The notes under the pieces are model-generated. The model was not told the DNA's origin and made no database searches. It was given only the letters and a program-made list of their open reading frames with translations. Shown piece after piece: positions 48,719-58,949 of a stretch of 64,000 bases of DNA. The DNA comes from Myxococcales bacterium (GTDB lineage Bacteria; Myxococcota; UBA727; VGSZ01): positions 25,177 through 89,176 of the forward strand of contig JAHFED010000015.1 in NCBI GenBank assembly GCA_023248635.1. Direction: 5' to 3'. How positions within the stretch are numbered: position 1 is the first letter of the stretch; the number at the start of each line of letters is the position of its first letter. Made by a program: the position numbers and the translations under genes.

Positions 48719-49459
48719 GTGTTCCTGAAGTCCCGCTGGTATTCGTCGCGCATGGGCGCCCAGTCCACCCTCGCGCGCTGGGGCGAGACCGGCCAACCCG
48801 TGCTGCTGCTGCCCACCGCCGGCGGCGACGCCGAAGAGATCGAGCGCTTTCACCTCATCACCGCGCTCAAAGACCTGCTGACGGCGGGGAAGATCAAGAT
48901 CTACTCCTGCGACAGCGTCGCCGGCCGCGCTTGGTTCAACCGCGAAGGCTCGCCCCAGCACCGCATGTGGATGCAGGACGCCTTTCACCACTACATCCGC
49001 GAAGAAGTGGTCCCCGCCATCCGCATGGATTGCAAGAAGCATCACGGCGACGACCTCCCGATCTGGAGCGCCGGCGCCTCCATCGGGGCCTTTCACGCCG
49101 CTGCCCTGGTGTGCCGCTTCCCCGACATCTTCACGCGCGCCCTGGCCATGAGCGGCACCTACAACCTCATGCGCTTCATCGAGACCGACACGCCGACGGC
49201 GGAGTACTGGCGGGCCTCTCCCCTGCAGTTCGTGCCCCACCTGCAGGGGCGCCACCTCGAGATCTTGCAGACCCGCTACATCCACATCGCCACCGGCGAA
49301 GGACGCTGGGAGTCCCTGCCGGAGAGCTGGGGATTGGCCAATGTGCTGGGCGCCAGGGGCATTCCCAACCGGGTCGAGAACTGGGGCCCGGACTGGCACC
49401 ACGATTGGGTGACCTGGCGCGAGATGCTGCCCAAGTACCTCGGCGCGTGGACCGCCTGA
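48719..49459 (+). CDS. Alpha/beta-hydrolase (esterase family)
   Basis: GGAGG RBS and GTG start; PTAGGD..E, GASIGAF, AMSGTY, HDWVTWREM. Confidence 0.85.
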   Translation: MFLKSRWYSSRMGAQSTLARWGETGQPVLLLPTAGGDAEEIERFHLITALKDLLTAGKIKIYSCDSVAGRAWFNREGSPQHRMWMQDAFHHYIREEVVPAIRMDCKKHHGDDLPIWSAGASIGAFHAAALVCRFPDIFTRALAMSGTYNLMRFIETDTPTAEYWRASPLQFVPHLQGRHLEILQTRYIHIATGEGRWESLPESWGLANVLGARGIPNRVENWGPDWHHDWVTWREMLPKYLGAWTA

Positions 49460-49546
49460 GGCCGCAAGCGTCCACCCGGTCGGTGCACGCCGGGACAGAG
49501 GGCGACGTGCTTTGACGTGCCTCTCGGTGGCGCGAGACCCTGGATC

Positions 49547-52165
49547 ATGATCAGGTCCTTCGTCGTCGTCCTCGCGTTGACGTTCATCGGTCTCGCTGGC
49601 TGTTCGGCTGCCGAGCTGGCAGGGGAGGGCGAAGAAGGCGAAGGCGAAGGCGAAGGAGAAGGCGAAGGCGAAGGTGAGGGAGAAGGCGAAGGCGAAGGCG
49701 AAGGCGAAGGTGAGGGAGAAGGCGAAGGAGAAGGCGAAGGCGAAGGCGAAGGCGAGGGCGAAGGCGAAGGCGAGGGCGAGGGCGAAGGAGAAGGAGAAGG
49801 AGAAGGTGAGGGAGAAGGTGAGGGAGAAGGTGAGGGAGAAGGAGAAGGAGAAGGAGAAGGAGAAGGAGAAGGGGAAGGCGCATCGCAGCAAGAGGACTGC
49901 GACAACGGGGACGACGACGACGGCGATGGCAACGTCGACTGTGAGGACCCAGACTGCCTCCCCACAGCACCCTGCAATGCCTGCGGCAACGGCATCCTCA
50001 ACGCTGGGGAGCAGTGTGACGACGGCAACCTCCTCGGCGGGGACAATTGCTCCCCCACCTGCTCGCTGTGCGGCAACGGCCACACCGATCCCGATGAGGA
50101 GTGCGACGACGGCAACGGCATCAACGGCGACGGGTGCGACGTCGACTGTGTCATCAACTTTTGCGGAAACAACATCGTCGATCAGGGCGAGGAGTGCGAC
50201 GACGGCGGCGCCAACTCCGACGTCCTCGCCGACGCCTGCCGCTCCTCCTGCGTCTTGGCGTTCTGCGGCGACGGCACCATCGACGCGGCTGAGCTCTGCG
50301 ACGTTGGGCAGGGCGACGGCGGCATCCCCTGCGAAAACGACTGCACCTTCACCTTCTGTGGCAACCACATCATCGACCCCGGCGAAGAATGCGACGACGG
50401 CGACAACGTCGACGGCGACGACTGCCGCTTCAACTGCTTGTTCGAGGTCTGCGGCGACGGCTTTCAAAACACCGGGGAGGCGTGTGACGACGGCGACACC
50501 CTGAGCGAGGATGGCTGCTCCTCTGGCTGCCTGGTGGAATTCTGCAGCGACGGGATCACGCAAGCGGGCCTGGGTGAGGAGTGCGACGACGGCGACATCA
50601 ACAGCGGCGACGGCTGCCGCAGCGATTGCACGGCCGAGGTCTGCGGCGACGGGATCACAGACGCCGACGAGGAGTGCGACGACGGCAACGACCAGAGCCA
50701 GGATGGCTGCTCGTCGATCTGCCTGGTGGAGAGCTGCGGTGACGGCGTCGTGCAACCCGGCCGGGGCGAGGAGTGCGACGACGGGAACTCGAACTCCAAC
50801 CTCGGAGCGTGCCTCATCAATTGCAAGCAGGCTGCGTGCGGCGACGACTTCGTTCACCTCGGTGTCGAAGGGTGCGACGACGGCAACACCGACAACGGCG
50901 ACGGCTGCGATGACGACTGCGTCAGCTCGCGCGTCCTCGCCATCGAAGCCGGCTTCGAGCATACCTGCGCGCTGCTGCCCCCGTCGCCGACGGTTCCGTC
51001 GATCCAGCGGGTGCGCTGCTGGGGACGCGGCACCAGCGGACGACTCGGCTATCCAGCCAATGGAACCAACGCCATCGGCGCCACGAACACGGTCGCAAGC
51101 TTTGGGGACGTCAATCTAGGGGGGGACGCCGTACAGGTCGCCACCGGCCGCGACCACACCTGCGCGCTCTTGGCCGATCACACCGTCCGCTGCTGGGGCT
51201 TGGGGGCAGGAGGTCAATTGGGCTACGGCGCCACCGACAACCTCGGCGACAACGAGCTCCCGGCCCTTGCGGGGGCGGTGCCCATCGGCGGACCCGTCGT
51301 GCAAATCGCCGCTGGTGCCCAGCACACCTGCGCCGTGCTCGAGAACCAAAAGGTGCGCTGCTGGGGACAGTCGGTCGAAGGCGAGCTCGGCTACGGCAAC
51401 CAAAACCCCGTGGGCAACACTGCGCAGTCGCGGCTGACAGAGCTCCCGGCGCCCGACGTCAACGTCGGCGGCGACGTCGTGCAAATCGCCGCCGGTGACT
51501 TTCACACCTGCGCCATCCGCGACACCGGCACGGTGGTTTGCTGGGGCTTCGGCGGCGACGGTCAGCTGGGCTATGGAAACACGTCTACCGTTGGCGCTCT
51601 CGATGTCCCCGCCGCTCGCGAGGTCAACCTCGGGCCCGGCGCGGCAGCCATCCAGATTGTGGCCGGCTCCCGACACACCTGCGCGCTGCTCTTGGGGGGG
51701 GCGGTGCACTGTTGGGGATTGGGCGACAGCGGCCAGCTCGGCTACGGCAGCAACCTCGAGGTCGGCGACAACGAGACCCCTGCCGCCGCCGGCCCCGTCT
51801 CCATCTCCGCCACCGGGGCAAAGACGGTGCAAATCGCGGCCGGCGCTTCCCATACCTGCGCGCTCCTCGACACCGGCGAGGTGCGTTGCTGGGGTTTCGG
51901 AGCCAATGGACAACTGGGCAACTCGAGCAACGCCACCGTCAGCCTCGGTGGCCAACCACCCTCGGCGTTCGCTGTGGTCCCGCTCGGCGCCGACGTCGCG
52001 CAGATCACGGCCGGTGGTTTTCACACGTGCGCGCTCCTGGTGACCGGCAGGGTCGTCTGCTGGGGGAGCAGCAGCCAAGGTCAGCGCGGCTACGGCAACA
52101 CCACGACCATCGGCGACAACGTGAACCGCCCGCCCCAACTGGATGGCTTCGTGCCGGTGTACTGA
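49547..52165 (+). CDS. Lipoprotein: (GE)n linker, myxobacterial Cys-rich (CGDG..ECDDG) repeats, RCC1-like propeller
   Basis: LAGC lipobox; repeated CG(N/D)G..E.CDDG...DGC; about seven AG..HTCALL..VRCWG..GQLG repeats. Confidence 0.9.
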   Translation: MIRSFVVVLALTFIGLAGCSAAELAGEGEEGEGEGEGEGEGEGEGEGEGEGEGEGEGEGEGEGEGEGEGEGEGEGEGEGEGEGEGEGEGEGEGEGEGEGEGEGEGEGEGEGASQQEDCDNGDDDDGDGNVDCEDPDCLPTAPCNACGNGILNAGEQCDDGNLLGGDNCSPTCSLCGNGHTDPDEECDDGNGINGDGCDVDCVINFCGNNIVDQGEECDDGGANSDVLADACRSSCVLAFCGDGTIDAAELCDVGQGDGGIPCENDCTFTFCGNHIIDPGEECDDGDNVDGDDCRFNCLFEVCGDGFQNTGEACDDGDTLSEDGCSSGCLVEFCSDGITQAGLGEECDDGDINSGDGCRSDCTAEVCGDGITDADEECDDGNDQSQDGCSSICLVESCGDGVVQPGRGEECDDGNSNSNLGACLINCKQAACGDDFVHLGVEGCDDGNTDNGDGCDDDCVSSRVLAIEAGFEHTCALLPPSPTVPSIQRVRCWGRGTSGRLGYPANGTNAIGATNTVASFGDVNLGGDAVQVATGRDHTCALLADHTVRCWGLGAGGQLGYGATDNLGDNELPALAGAVPIGGPVVQIAAGAQHTCAVLENQKVRCWGQSVEGELGYGNQNPVGNTAQSRLTELPAPDVNVGGDVVQIAAGDFHTCAIRDTGTVVCWGFGGDGQLGYGNTSTVGALDVPAAREVNLGPGAAAIQIVAGSRHTCALLLGGAVHCWGLGDSGQLGYGSNLEVGDNETPAAAGPVSISATGAKTVQIAAGASHTCALLDTGEVRCWGFGANGQLGNSSNATVSLGGQPPSAFAVVPLGADVAQITAGGFHTCALLVTGRVVCWGSSSQGQRGYGNTTTIGDNVNRPPQLDGFVPVY
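49622..49879 (+). repeat. (Gly-Glu)n coding microsatellite, about 86 codons
   Basis: Blocks of GAAGGC, GAGGGC and GAAGGA hexamers. Confidence 0.95.
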
Positions 52166-52326
52166 CGAGAGCCCGGGGGGTGGCACCCAGCCGCCCAGAC
52201 GCAGCACCCTCGAGGCTCGCTCGTTGGAGCCGGCGCAGACGACGACGTGCACGTTTGGGGCGTGACTTGTTGTATTCCTGGCGGCCGCTCACGAACCTCA
52301 GGACGCCGCCGCCCGGGCAACGAGAA

Positions 52327-54318
52327 ATGACGATGGACGAGAACCGGACCCACAAAGCTGTCGACGGCGAGCTCGAAGGCGAGGGTCGGCGCGCCTACAT
52401 GCACGCGCTGCTGCGCGATCTGCACGCCCTCGACGCCATGGTCGAGCAGGACGCCTTCGAACGCGGCGTCAGTCGCATCGGCGCCGAACAAGAGATGTTC
52501 CTCGTCGACGACGCCTTCCACCCCACCAAGGGTGCGCTCAAGGTGCTCGAGCAGCTCGACGATCCCCGCTTCACCACCGAGCTTGGGCTCTTCAACCTCG
52601 AAGCCAACGCCGGCGCCCAACCCTTCTCGGGCACGGGCCTGTCGGACATGGAAAAGGAGATGCACCTGCTCTTTGAGAAGGTGCGCACGGCGGGGTCGTC
52701 CATCGGCGTCAAACCGATCATGGCCGGCATTCTCCCCACCATCGGCAAGACCGATCTCGGCCTCGACAACATGGTGCCCAAGCCGCGCTACCAGGCGCTG
52801 AACCGGGCCATGAACGCCGCCCGCGGCGAGGCCTTCGACTTCTCCATCCGCGGCATCGACGAGCTGGTGGTGCGCCACGACTCCGTCATGGTCGAAGCCT
52901 GCAACGCCAGCTTTCAGGTGCACCTGCAACTCGCCGAGCCCGAGCGCTTCGCCCACCACTACAACATCGCCCAACTGCTGCTCGGACCGGTACTGGCGGC
53001 GGGTCCCAACTCGCCCCTGCTCTTCAACCGCCGCCTGTGGGCAGAGACCCGCATCGCTCTCTTCGAGCAGTCCTGCGACGTGCGCACGCCGGGACTTCAC
53101 TTGCGCGACTCCATGGGCCGCGTCTCCTTCGGCCGCCAATGGCTCAAAGGCGGCGTCGCCGATCTCTACAAAGAAAACGTCTCCCGCTTCCGCGCCCTCG
53201 TCGGCACCCCCCTCGACGCTGGCGACGACGGCCCCGATGCCCTTGCTGCGGGCCGTGTGCCCACCATGAAGGCCCTGCGCCTGCACAATGGCACCGTCTA
53301 CCGCTGGAACCGTCCCTGCTACGGCGTCTCCGAAAACGGCAAACCCCACCTGCGCATCGAGCTGCGCGTGTTGCCCTCAGGACCCACCGTCGCCGACGAA
53401 ATCGCCAACGCCGCTCTGTGGCTCGGCCTGATGAGCGAGCTGGGAGCCACCGTCGACGACGTCGCCTCACGGGTCGGCTTCGAAGACGCGCGGGCCAACC
53501 TCTACGCCGCCGCTCGGGATGGCTTGCGCGCCAGGCTCACTTGGCTCGACGGCGAAGAGGTCGCCGTCGACACCCTCTTGCTCGATCGCTTGTTGCCCCT
53601 GGCCAAGGCCGGCTTGAACCGAGCAAAGATCGCCGGCGCCGACAGCGATCGCTACCTGGGCATCCTCGAGAAGCGCTGGCGCACCCAGCGCACGGGGTCG
53701 TCGTGGATGCTGCAGTCCCTCGCCGGCATGAAGGGCCGGGGCACACCGGGAGCGCGCTTGACGGCGTTGACGGCGGCCATCCATGCCCGGCAACAGTCGA
53801 CGCAGCCGGTGACGGAGTGGGAGCTGGCCCAGCTCGACGAGCACGAGAGCGCCAGCGCGCACTTTCAGAAGGTCTCTCAGTTCATGCTGACCGACATCTA
53901 CACGGTGCGTCCCGACGACCCCATCGAGTTGGTGTGGGACCTGATGACCTGGGAGCGAGCCCGCTACGTGCCCGTCGAGGACGAGCGCGGCCGCTTGGTG
54001 GGCCTGGTCTCTTACCGCGGTGTCATGCGCCACCTGGGCAGCGTTGCCCGCGGCAGCGTCGACAGCGCGTCGATGGCCCCCGTTTCGCAGATCATGAGGC
54101 GCGAGCTGATCACCGTGACCCCCGATACGCCGACGCGTGAAGCCATCGGCTTGATGAAGACGCACAAGATCGGCGCGCTGCCCGTGGTGCAGGGCGAGCA
54201 CATCGTGGCCATCGTGACCGAAGCCGAATTCGTCGGATTGGCCGCCAAGCTGCTCGAGGGCTTCGTCACCGAGCTGCCGTCGTCGTCGTCGTTGCCCTCT
54301 CCCGCTGAGAGGGGCTGA
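52327..54318 (+). CDS. Glutamate-cysteine ligase family 2 (carboxylate-amine ligase) fused to a CBS pair
   Basis: IGAEQEMFLVD, TELGLFNLE, SFQVHLQ, NSPLLF, HNGTVYRWNRP, RIELRVLP; two C-terminal CBS repeats. Confidence 0.88.
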   Translation: MTMDENRTHKAVDGELEGEGRRAYMHALLRDLHALDAMVEQDAFERGVSRIGAEQEMFLVDDAFHPTKGALKVLEQLDDPRFTTELGLFNLEANAGAQPFSGTGLSDMEKEMHLLFEKVRTAGSSIGVKPIMAGILPTIGKTDLGLDNMVPKPRYQALNRAMNAARGEAFDFSIRGIDELVVRHDSVMVEACNASFQVHLQLAEPERFAHHYNIAQLLLGPVLAAGPNSPLLFNRRLWAETRIALFEQSCDVRTPGLHLRDSMGRVSFGRQWLKGGVADLYKENVSRFRALVGTPLDAGDDGPDALAAGRVPTMKALRLHNGTVYRWNRPCYGVSENGKPHLRIELRVLPSGPTVADEIANAALWLGLMSELGATVDDVASRVGFEDARANLYAAARDGLRARLTWLDGEEVAVDTLLLDRLLPLAKAGLNRAKIAGADSDRYLGILEKRWRTQRTGSSWMLQSLAGMKGRGTPGARLTALTAAIHARQQSTQPVTEWELAQLDEHESASAHFQKVSQFMLTDIYTVRPDDPIELVWDLMTWERARYVPVEDERGRLVGLVSYRGVMRHLGSVARGSVDSASMAPVSQIMRRELITVTPDTPTREAIGLMKTHKIGALPVVQGEHIVAIVTEAEFVGLAAKLLEGFVTELPSSSSLPSPAERG

Positions 54319-54322
54319 GCCC

Positions 54323-55570
54323 ATGCAGCTCCAACCCAGCGTTGGCGCCGACCGCCAGGCGAAGTCGTCCTCGTCCGCTCCCACTGGGGCACCCTCTCCC
54401 AAAACTGTGGGCGGCCGGGCGTCGACACCTGGCGAGGCCACTACCGGAGTCGCTTGCGAGCGCGTGATGGGGCGGGTGCGGGGACAAGAGGCGGGACCCT
54501 CCCTCGTCGTCGTCGCTGGCATCCATGGCAACGAGCCCGCGGGGGTCGAGGCCGCCCGGCGGGTGCTCTTGCGGCTGGCCCAGGGCGACATCGCCTTGCG
54601 CGGTGAGCTGGTGATCTTGGGCGGCAACGTCGCGGCCTTGCGTACCGGTGCCCGCTACCTTCAGCGCGACCTCAACCGCGGTTGGACCGACGACGACGCC
54701 TTGCGCTTGCAGACCGCAACGCCGGGGAGCTTGCAGGCCGAAGATCGCGAGCAGGCCGAGCTTCTGGCGGCCATCGAGGTCGTGCGCTCGACGGCGCGGG
54801 GGGCGGTGCACCTCGCCGATCTCCACACCTCGAGCGCGCCCGGCGTTCCCTTCGTCATCTTTGGCGACACGTTGGTGCAACGGCGTTTCGTGCGGGTCTT
54901 TCCCATTCCGGTGATCATCGGCCTGGTCGAGCACGTCGACGGCGTCCTCTCGGAATTCTGGAGCCGCCGCGGCCTGGTGACCTTCTCCGTCGAAGGCGGC
55001 CAGCACGAAGACCCGCGCTCTCGCGATGGGCTCGAGGCCATCCTCTGGCTGGCGCTTTCCCAGGCCGGGATGATTGCGACGTCGACGCCGCCGGAGGTGG
55101 CAGCAGCGACCCGCTTGCTCGACCAGAGGCGGGGAGACCTGCCCCGCGTCCTCGATGTGGTGTCGCGCCATTCGATCACCGCCGCCGACGCCTTCGTCAT
55201 GGAGCCGGGTTTTCGCAACGTGCACCGCATCCCCAAGGGCTGCCTGCTGGCCCACGATCGCCGGGGGGAGATCCGCGCCAGCAGCGCCGGCGTCGTCGTG
55301 CTGCCGCTGTATCAAAAGCTCGGCAGCGACGGCTTCTTCTGGGCTCTCGAGGTCAGCGATGGCCAGCTGAGAATTTCTGAGCTGCTGCGTCGCCTCCCCG
55401 TCGATGCCCTCGTCACCTTGTTGCCAGGCGTGAAGCGCGACGCAGCCCAGCCGCGCCGCCTCGAGGTCTCGACCACCACCGGTCGCGCAAAGATCTTGTC
55501 GCTGCTGCGCCTGCTCGGCTACCGGCGAGAGAAAACCACGGGAACGACGTCGACGGTGGAGCGCGCGTAG
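54323..55570 (+). CDS. Succinylglutamate desuccinylase/aspartoacylase (M14) family protein
   Basis: GIHGNE, DLNR, DLHTSS, VEGGQH. Confidence 0.88.
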   Translation: MQLQPSVGADRQAKSSSSAPTGAPSPKTVGGRASTPGEATTGVACERVMGRVRGQEAGPSLVVVAGIHGNEPAGVEAARRVLLRLAQGDIALRGELVILGGNVAALRTGARYLQRDLNRGWTDDDALRLQTATPGSLQAEDREQAELLAAIEVVRSTARGAVHLADLHTSSAPGVPFVIFGDTLVQRRFVRVFPIPVIIGLVEHVDGVLSEFWSRRGLVTFSVEGGQHEDPRSRDGLEAILWLALSQAGMIATSTPPEVAAATRLLDQRRGDLPRVLDVVSRHSITAADAFVMEPGFRNVHRIPKGCLLAHDRRGEIRASSAGVVVLPLYQKLGSDGFFWALEVSDGQLRISELLRRLPVDALVTLLPGVKRDAAQPRRLEVSTTTGRAKILSLLRLLGYRREKTTGTTSTVERA

Positions 55571-55702
55571 TCGCGACGGACGTTTCTTGTTCAAAACGCT
55601 GGCGTGTCTTCCGCGCCAAATCTTCAAGTCGCTGGCGCGCGCGATGATGCGATGGAGATGGAGATCCCTTTGTCGACGTCGATGACGCGCTACAATTCAA
55701 CC

Positions 55703-56500
55703 ATGCGCTCGTTGTTCGTCGTCGTCGTCGTCTTGCTTCTCGCCGCCTGTCCCCAACATCCCGACGAAGGAGGCTTTCCCGCCGAAGGGGAGCTCGGTGG
55801 CGAAGGCGAAGAGGGGGAAGGCGAAGAGGGGGAAGGCGAAGGCGAAGGCGAGGGCGAGGGCGAGGGCGAAGGCGAGGGCGAAGGACCGCAGCCGGGCTTC
55901 GGTGCGATCTCAGGTCCTTGTGGGGTGCTCGATGACGAGCTCAGCAGCCCGCTGCCCTTCTATCTCGATGAGACCAGCATCGACTTCGGCACCGATCCCT
56001 ACGACGACGCCGACCTGCTGCTGCTCACCGCTGGAGGCCAAGAGATGGTCTCTGACGACAACGCCGGCGGGAACTCTTTGCTCTCGGAGGTGTTTAGCTT
56101 CGAGTTCTTGGCGCGCTGTGAAGGTGCAACCTTGTTCAAGACCGAGACCGAAGTCGAATATACGGTGAAACAGACGAAGATCACCGATCTCGTGGTGCTC
56201 ATCGAAGGCGTACGCTACGGTGTCAGTGTGGTGCGCACTTTCGTGTTTCCCGAGGGCACGCCCTTGTCGTCCGAAGAAGCCACCCGCCGTCTCGAGGGAA
56301 AGCTCGACGACATCTTGGTCAGCAGCGCCAACGTCGCCGCCTCCGATGCCTGGGACAAGCAGATCCTGGCCGTCATCGCCAACGAACCGGAACACCTCGC
56401 GGTCTGGCGCGCTGCCTACGATGATCTCGATGATGAAACCCGCGCTGATACCATCGTTTATGTGATTCTGACCAACGGCGACGACGCCTTCCTTCACTGA
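55703..56500 (+). CDS. GE-linker lipoprotein with AAC4-like (putative REase-fold) domain
   Basis: LAAC lipobox, GE tract 55799-55885, NAGGNS.LSE..KTETE..ITD..GVSV.R..KL..KQIL. Confidence 0.7.
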   Translation: MRSLFVVVVVLLLAACPQHPDEGGFPAEGELGGEGEEGEGEEGEGEGEGEGEGEGEGEGEGPQPGFGAISGPCGVLDDELSSPLPFYLDETSIDFGTDPYDDADLLLLTAGGQEMVSDDNAGGNSLLSEVFSFEFLARCEGATLFKTETEVEYTVKQTKITDLVVLIEGVRYGVSVVRTFVFPEGTPLSSEEATRRLEGKLDDILVSSANVAASDAWDKQILAVIANEPEHLAVWRAAYDDLDDETRADTIVYVILTNGDDAFLH

Positions 56501-56630
56501 TCCCCGCGCCGGCGGAGCCGGACGCGGGGCCCCCCACCAACTCCGCGTTCCGCGGGCGCCCTCCACGCGCATCATCCCGCGTCTTTCCCATCTCAGAACG
56601 TGGTCGAACATCAATCGGACGCGGGATGAC

Positions 56631-57134
56631 CTATCCGGGCGGCGGCTGCGGCGACTGCGGGGGCGGCGGCGGGGCAGGGTCTTTGACCTCCAAGCGCACC
56701 GACGACGACAGGGTGGCGCTCAGGTCCTTCTCTTCGGGCCAGAGCTCCACCAGCCAGCGGATGCGCCCGACGCGCCCGGGATCAATGTCGCTGGCTTGAA
56801 AGACCACGGGCCTGCGCACAGGACGGCCGGCCGGCACCGCGAGGCGCACCACGGGCGGGGGCTCCTTTTCGACGCTGCGGTTGGTGACGAAGACCGAGAC
56901 CAGCGCCGCCCGACAGCCCGGGTCTGGACAAGACCCAGGCGGCAGCAAGAGGGTGCCGTCGACGTCTTTGCGGGCTTTGATGGCTGCCAATTGCGCCGGC
57001 GTCTGGGGGCCGAGGTTCTGGAGCTCGAAGCGCACGTTCTCGGGCTGAAAGCCATCGACCCACAGCTGGATGGGCGTCTGCTCCGAACAAGCAGGCAAAA
57101 ACAAGGCGACGACGACGGGGAGGAGCAGGCGCAT
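56631..57134 (-). CDS. Hypothetical lipoprotein
   Basis: MRLLLPVVVALFLPAC lipobox; Pro-rich tail. Confidence 0.65.
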   Translation of the reverse strand: MRLLLPVVVALFLPACSEQTPIQLWVDGFQPENVRFELQNLGPQTPAQLAAIKARKDVDGTLLLPPGSCPDPGCRAALVSVFVTNRSVEKEPPPVVRLAVPAGRPVRRPVVFQASDIDPGRVGRIRWLVELWPEEKDLSATLSSSVRLEVKDPAPPPPPQSPQPPPG

Positions 57135-57152
57135 GCGATCTGCATAGCCAAT

Positions 57153-57176
57153 TTTTGGCCGTGCCAACGGCCAAAA
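57153..57176. promoter_or_regulatory. Perfect inverted repeat in a divergent promoter region
   Basis: TTTTGGCCGT-GCCA-ACGGCCAAAA between the 57134(-) start and malQ(+). Confidence 0.4.
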
Positions 57177-57222
57177 CATCAGCACTTTGTGTCCCAAGCG
57201 CCAGTCGTGCGAACACAGCTTC

Positions 57223-58770
57223 ATGACGACGATGACGAACTACGGAAAACCCGCGAAGAAGGCGAAGAAGGTCACAGCCTTCCCCCGCTCGGCCGGGGTC
57301 TTGTTGCACCCGACCTCGCTCCCTTCACCTCATGGCATTGGCGACGTCGGCGCTGGCGCCCGGGCTTTTGTGGATTGGCTGGCCCATGCCGGCTGTCAAC
57401 GCTGGCAAATCTTGCCCCTGGTGCCCGTGGGCGAGAGCTGGTCGCCCTATGCGTCTTTGTCGGCGTTGGCCGGCAATCCGCTGCTCATCGACCTCGACAA
57501 CCTTGTCGTCCGCGGGCTGCTCACCAAAGAAGAGGTCGAGCCCAAGATCGCCTTCAACCGCGACAACGTCGACTGGGCCAGGGTGCCCGCCTTCAAGCAG
57601 TCGCGCATCGACACCGCTTGCGATCGCTTCGGCCAAACCAAGGCAGGCCAAGAGACGCTGGCGCGCTACCGCCACGAACAGCCTTGGGTCGACGACGACG
57701 CGCTCTTCATCGCCATCAGAAACGCCCACCAGGGCAAAGCGTGGTGGCAGTGGGAGGAGGGGCTTCAGGAGCGGGCGCCGGCGGCCATTGCCAAGGCCAG
57801 AAACGATCTCCGCACGCAAATCGAGAGACGAGTGCTCGAGCAGGCCCTCTTCGAAGAGCAGTGGCAAGGCCTGCGCACCTACGCTCGCAGCAAGGGCGTG
57901 AGCGTCATTGGCGATGCTCCCATCTATGTGGCCGACGACTCCGCCGACGTCTGGGCCCACCGCCAATTCTTCGAGCTCGACGACGAGGGGCAGCCGACGC
58001 ACGTCGCGGGTTGTCCGCCGGATGCCTTCTCCGAGACGGGCCAATGGTGGGGCTCGCCCCTGTACCGCTGGGACAAGATGAAGGCCGATGGCCACAAGTG
58101 GTGGATCGAGCGCATTCGCCGCAACCTGGCTCTCACCGACGTCGTGCGCATCGATCACTTCCGCGGCTTCGCTGGCTATTGGTCCATCCCAAAAAAGGCC
58201 AAAGACGCCCGCAGCGGATCCTGGCGCGAAGGACCAGGACAAGCCCTCTTCGACGACGTGCAAAAGGCCCTGGGCCCGAACTTGCCGATCATCGCCGAAG
58301 ACCTCGGCGTCATCACCGACGACGTCATCGCCCTGCGGGATCGGGTGGGCCTGCCGGGCATGAAGATCTTGCAGTTCGCTTTCGGCGCCGGCCACGACAA
58401 CGCCTACTTGCCCCACCACCACGTCGAAAACTGCGTGGTCTACACGGGCACCCACGACAACGACACGACACTGGGCTGGTGGAAGAACGAAGCCGATCAC
58501 GTGCGCGATCATGTGCGTCATTACTTGGGCCGCGACGGCAGCGACGTCGTCTGGGACTTCATCCGCTTGGCCCTGCTCTCGGTGGCCCACACCGCTGTCG
58601 TCCCTTTTCAAGACGTGCTCACCCTCGACTCAGGAGCCCGCTTGAACACGCCGGGCCTGGCCACCGGCAACTGGTCGTGGCGCGTGCGCCTCGATGCCTT
58701 CCATCCCAACCTGTCGATGCGCCTGCGCGGGCTGGTCGAGCTCGGTTACCGCCTGCCCCACGCGGGGTGA
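57223..58770 (+). CDS. malQ: 4-alpha-glucanotransferase (GH77)
   Basis: [53 protein letters not shown]. Confidence 0.96.
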   Translation: MTTMTNYGKPAKKAKKVTAFPRSAGVLLHPTSLPSPHGIGDVGAGARAFVDWLAHAGCQRWQILPLVPVGESWSPYASLSALAGNPLLIDLDNLVVRGLLTKEEVEPKIAFNRDNVDWARVPAFKQSRIDTACDRFGQTKAGQETLARYRHEQPWVDDDALFIAIRNAHQGKAWWQWEEGLQERAPAAIAKARNDLRTQIERRVLEQALFEEQWQGLRTYARSKGVSVIGDAPIYVADDSADVWAHRQFFELDDEGQPTHVAGCPPDAFSETGQWWGSPLYRWDKMKADGHKWWIERIRRNLALTDVVRIDHFRGFAGYWSIPKKAKDARSGSWREGPGQALFDDVQKALGPNLPIIAEDLGVITDDVIALRDRVGLPGMKILQFAFGAGHDNAYLPHHHVENCVVYTGTHDNDTTLGWWKNEADHVRDHVRHYLGRDGSDVVWDFIRLALLSVAHTAVVPFQDVLTLDSGARLNTPGLATGNWSWRVRLDAFHPNLSMRLRGLVELGYRLPHAG

Positions 58771-58949
58771 GGCGTGCGCATCGATTTTCGACGGCTGCTG
58801 GCCTGCGCCGAGGCGGCGTTTCTGACCGTGCGGTCGGAGCCTGCCCGACGGCGTTGGGCCTTTCCCGAGACACGAGGGCTGGCGACGTTGGTGGGGGGCC
58901 ACTTGCCGGCCATAGATTCAAGGGCCCGTCACGAGCCCCTTGAGGTCCC

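Noticed and set aside
49276-50175. (SP)n, (AF)n, (KE)n, poly-R and poly-L ORFs over the GE tracts (also 58619-59521)
   Set aside because: Alternative frames of the (GE)n repeats; the lipoprotein frame has a signal peptide and downstream domains.
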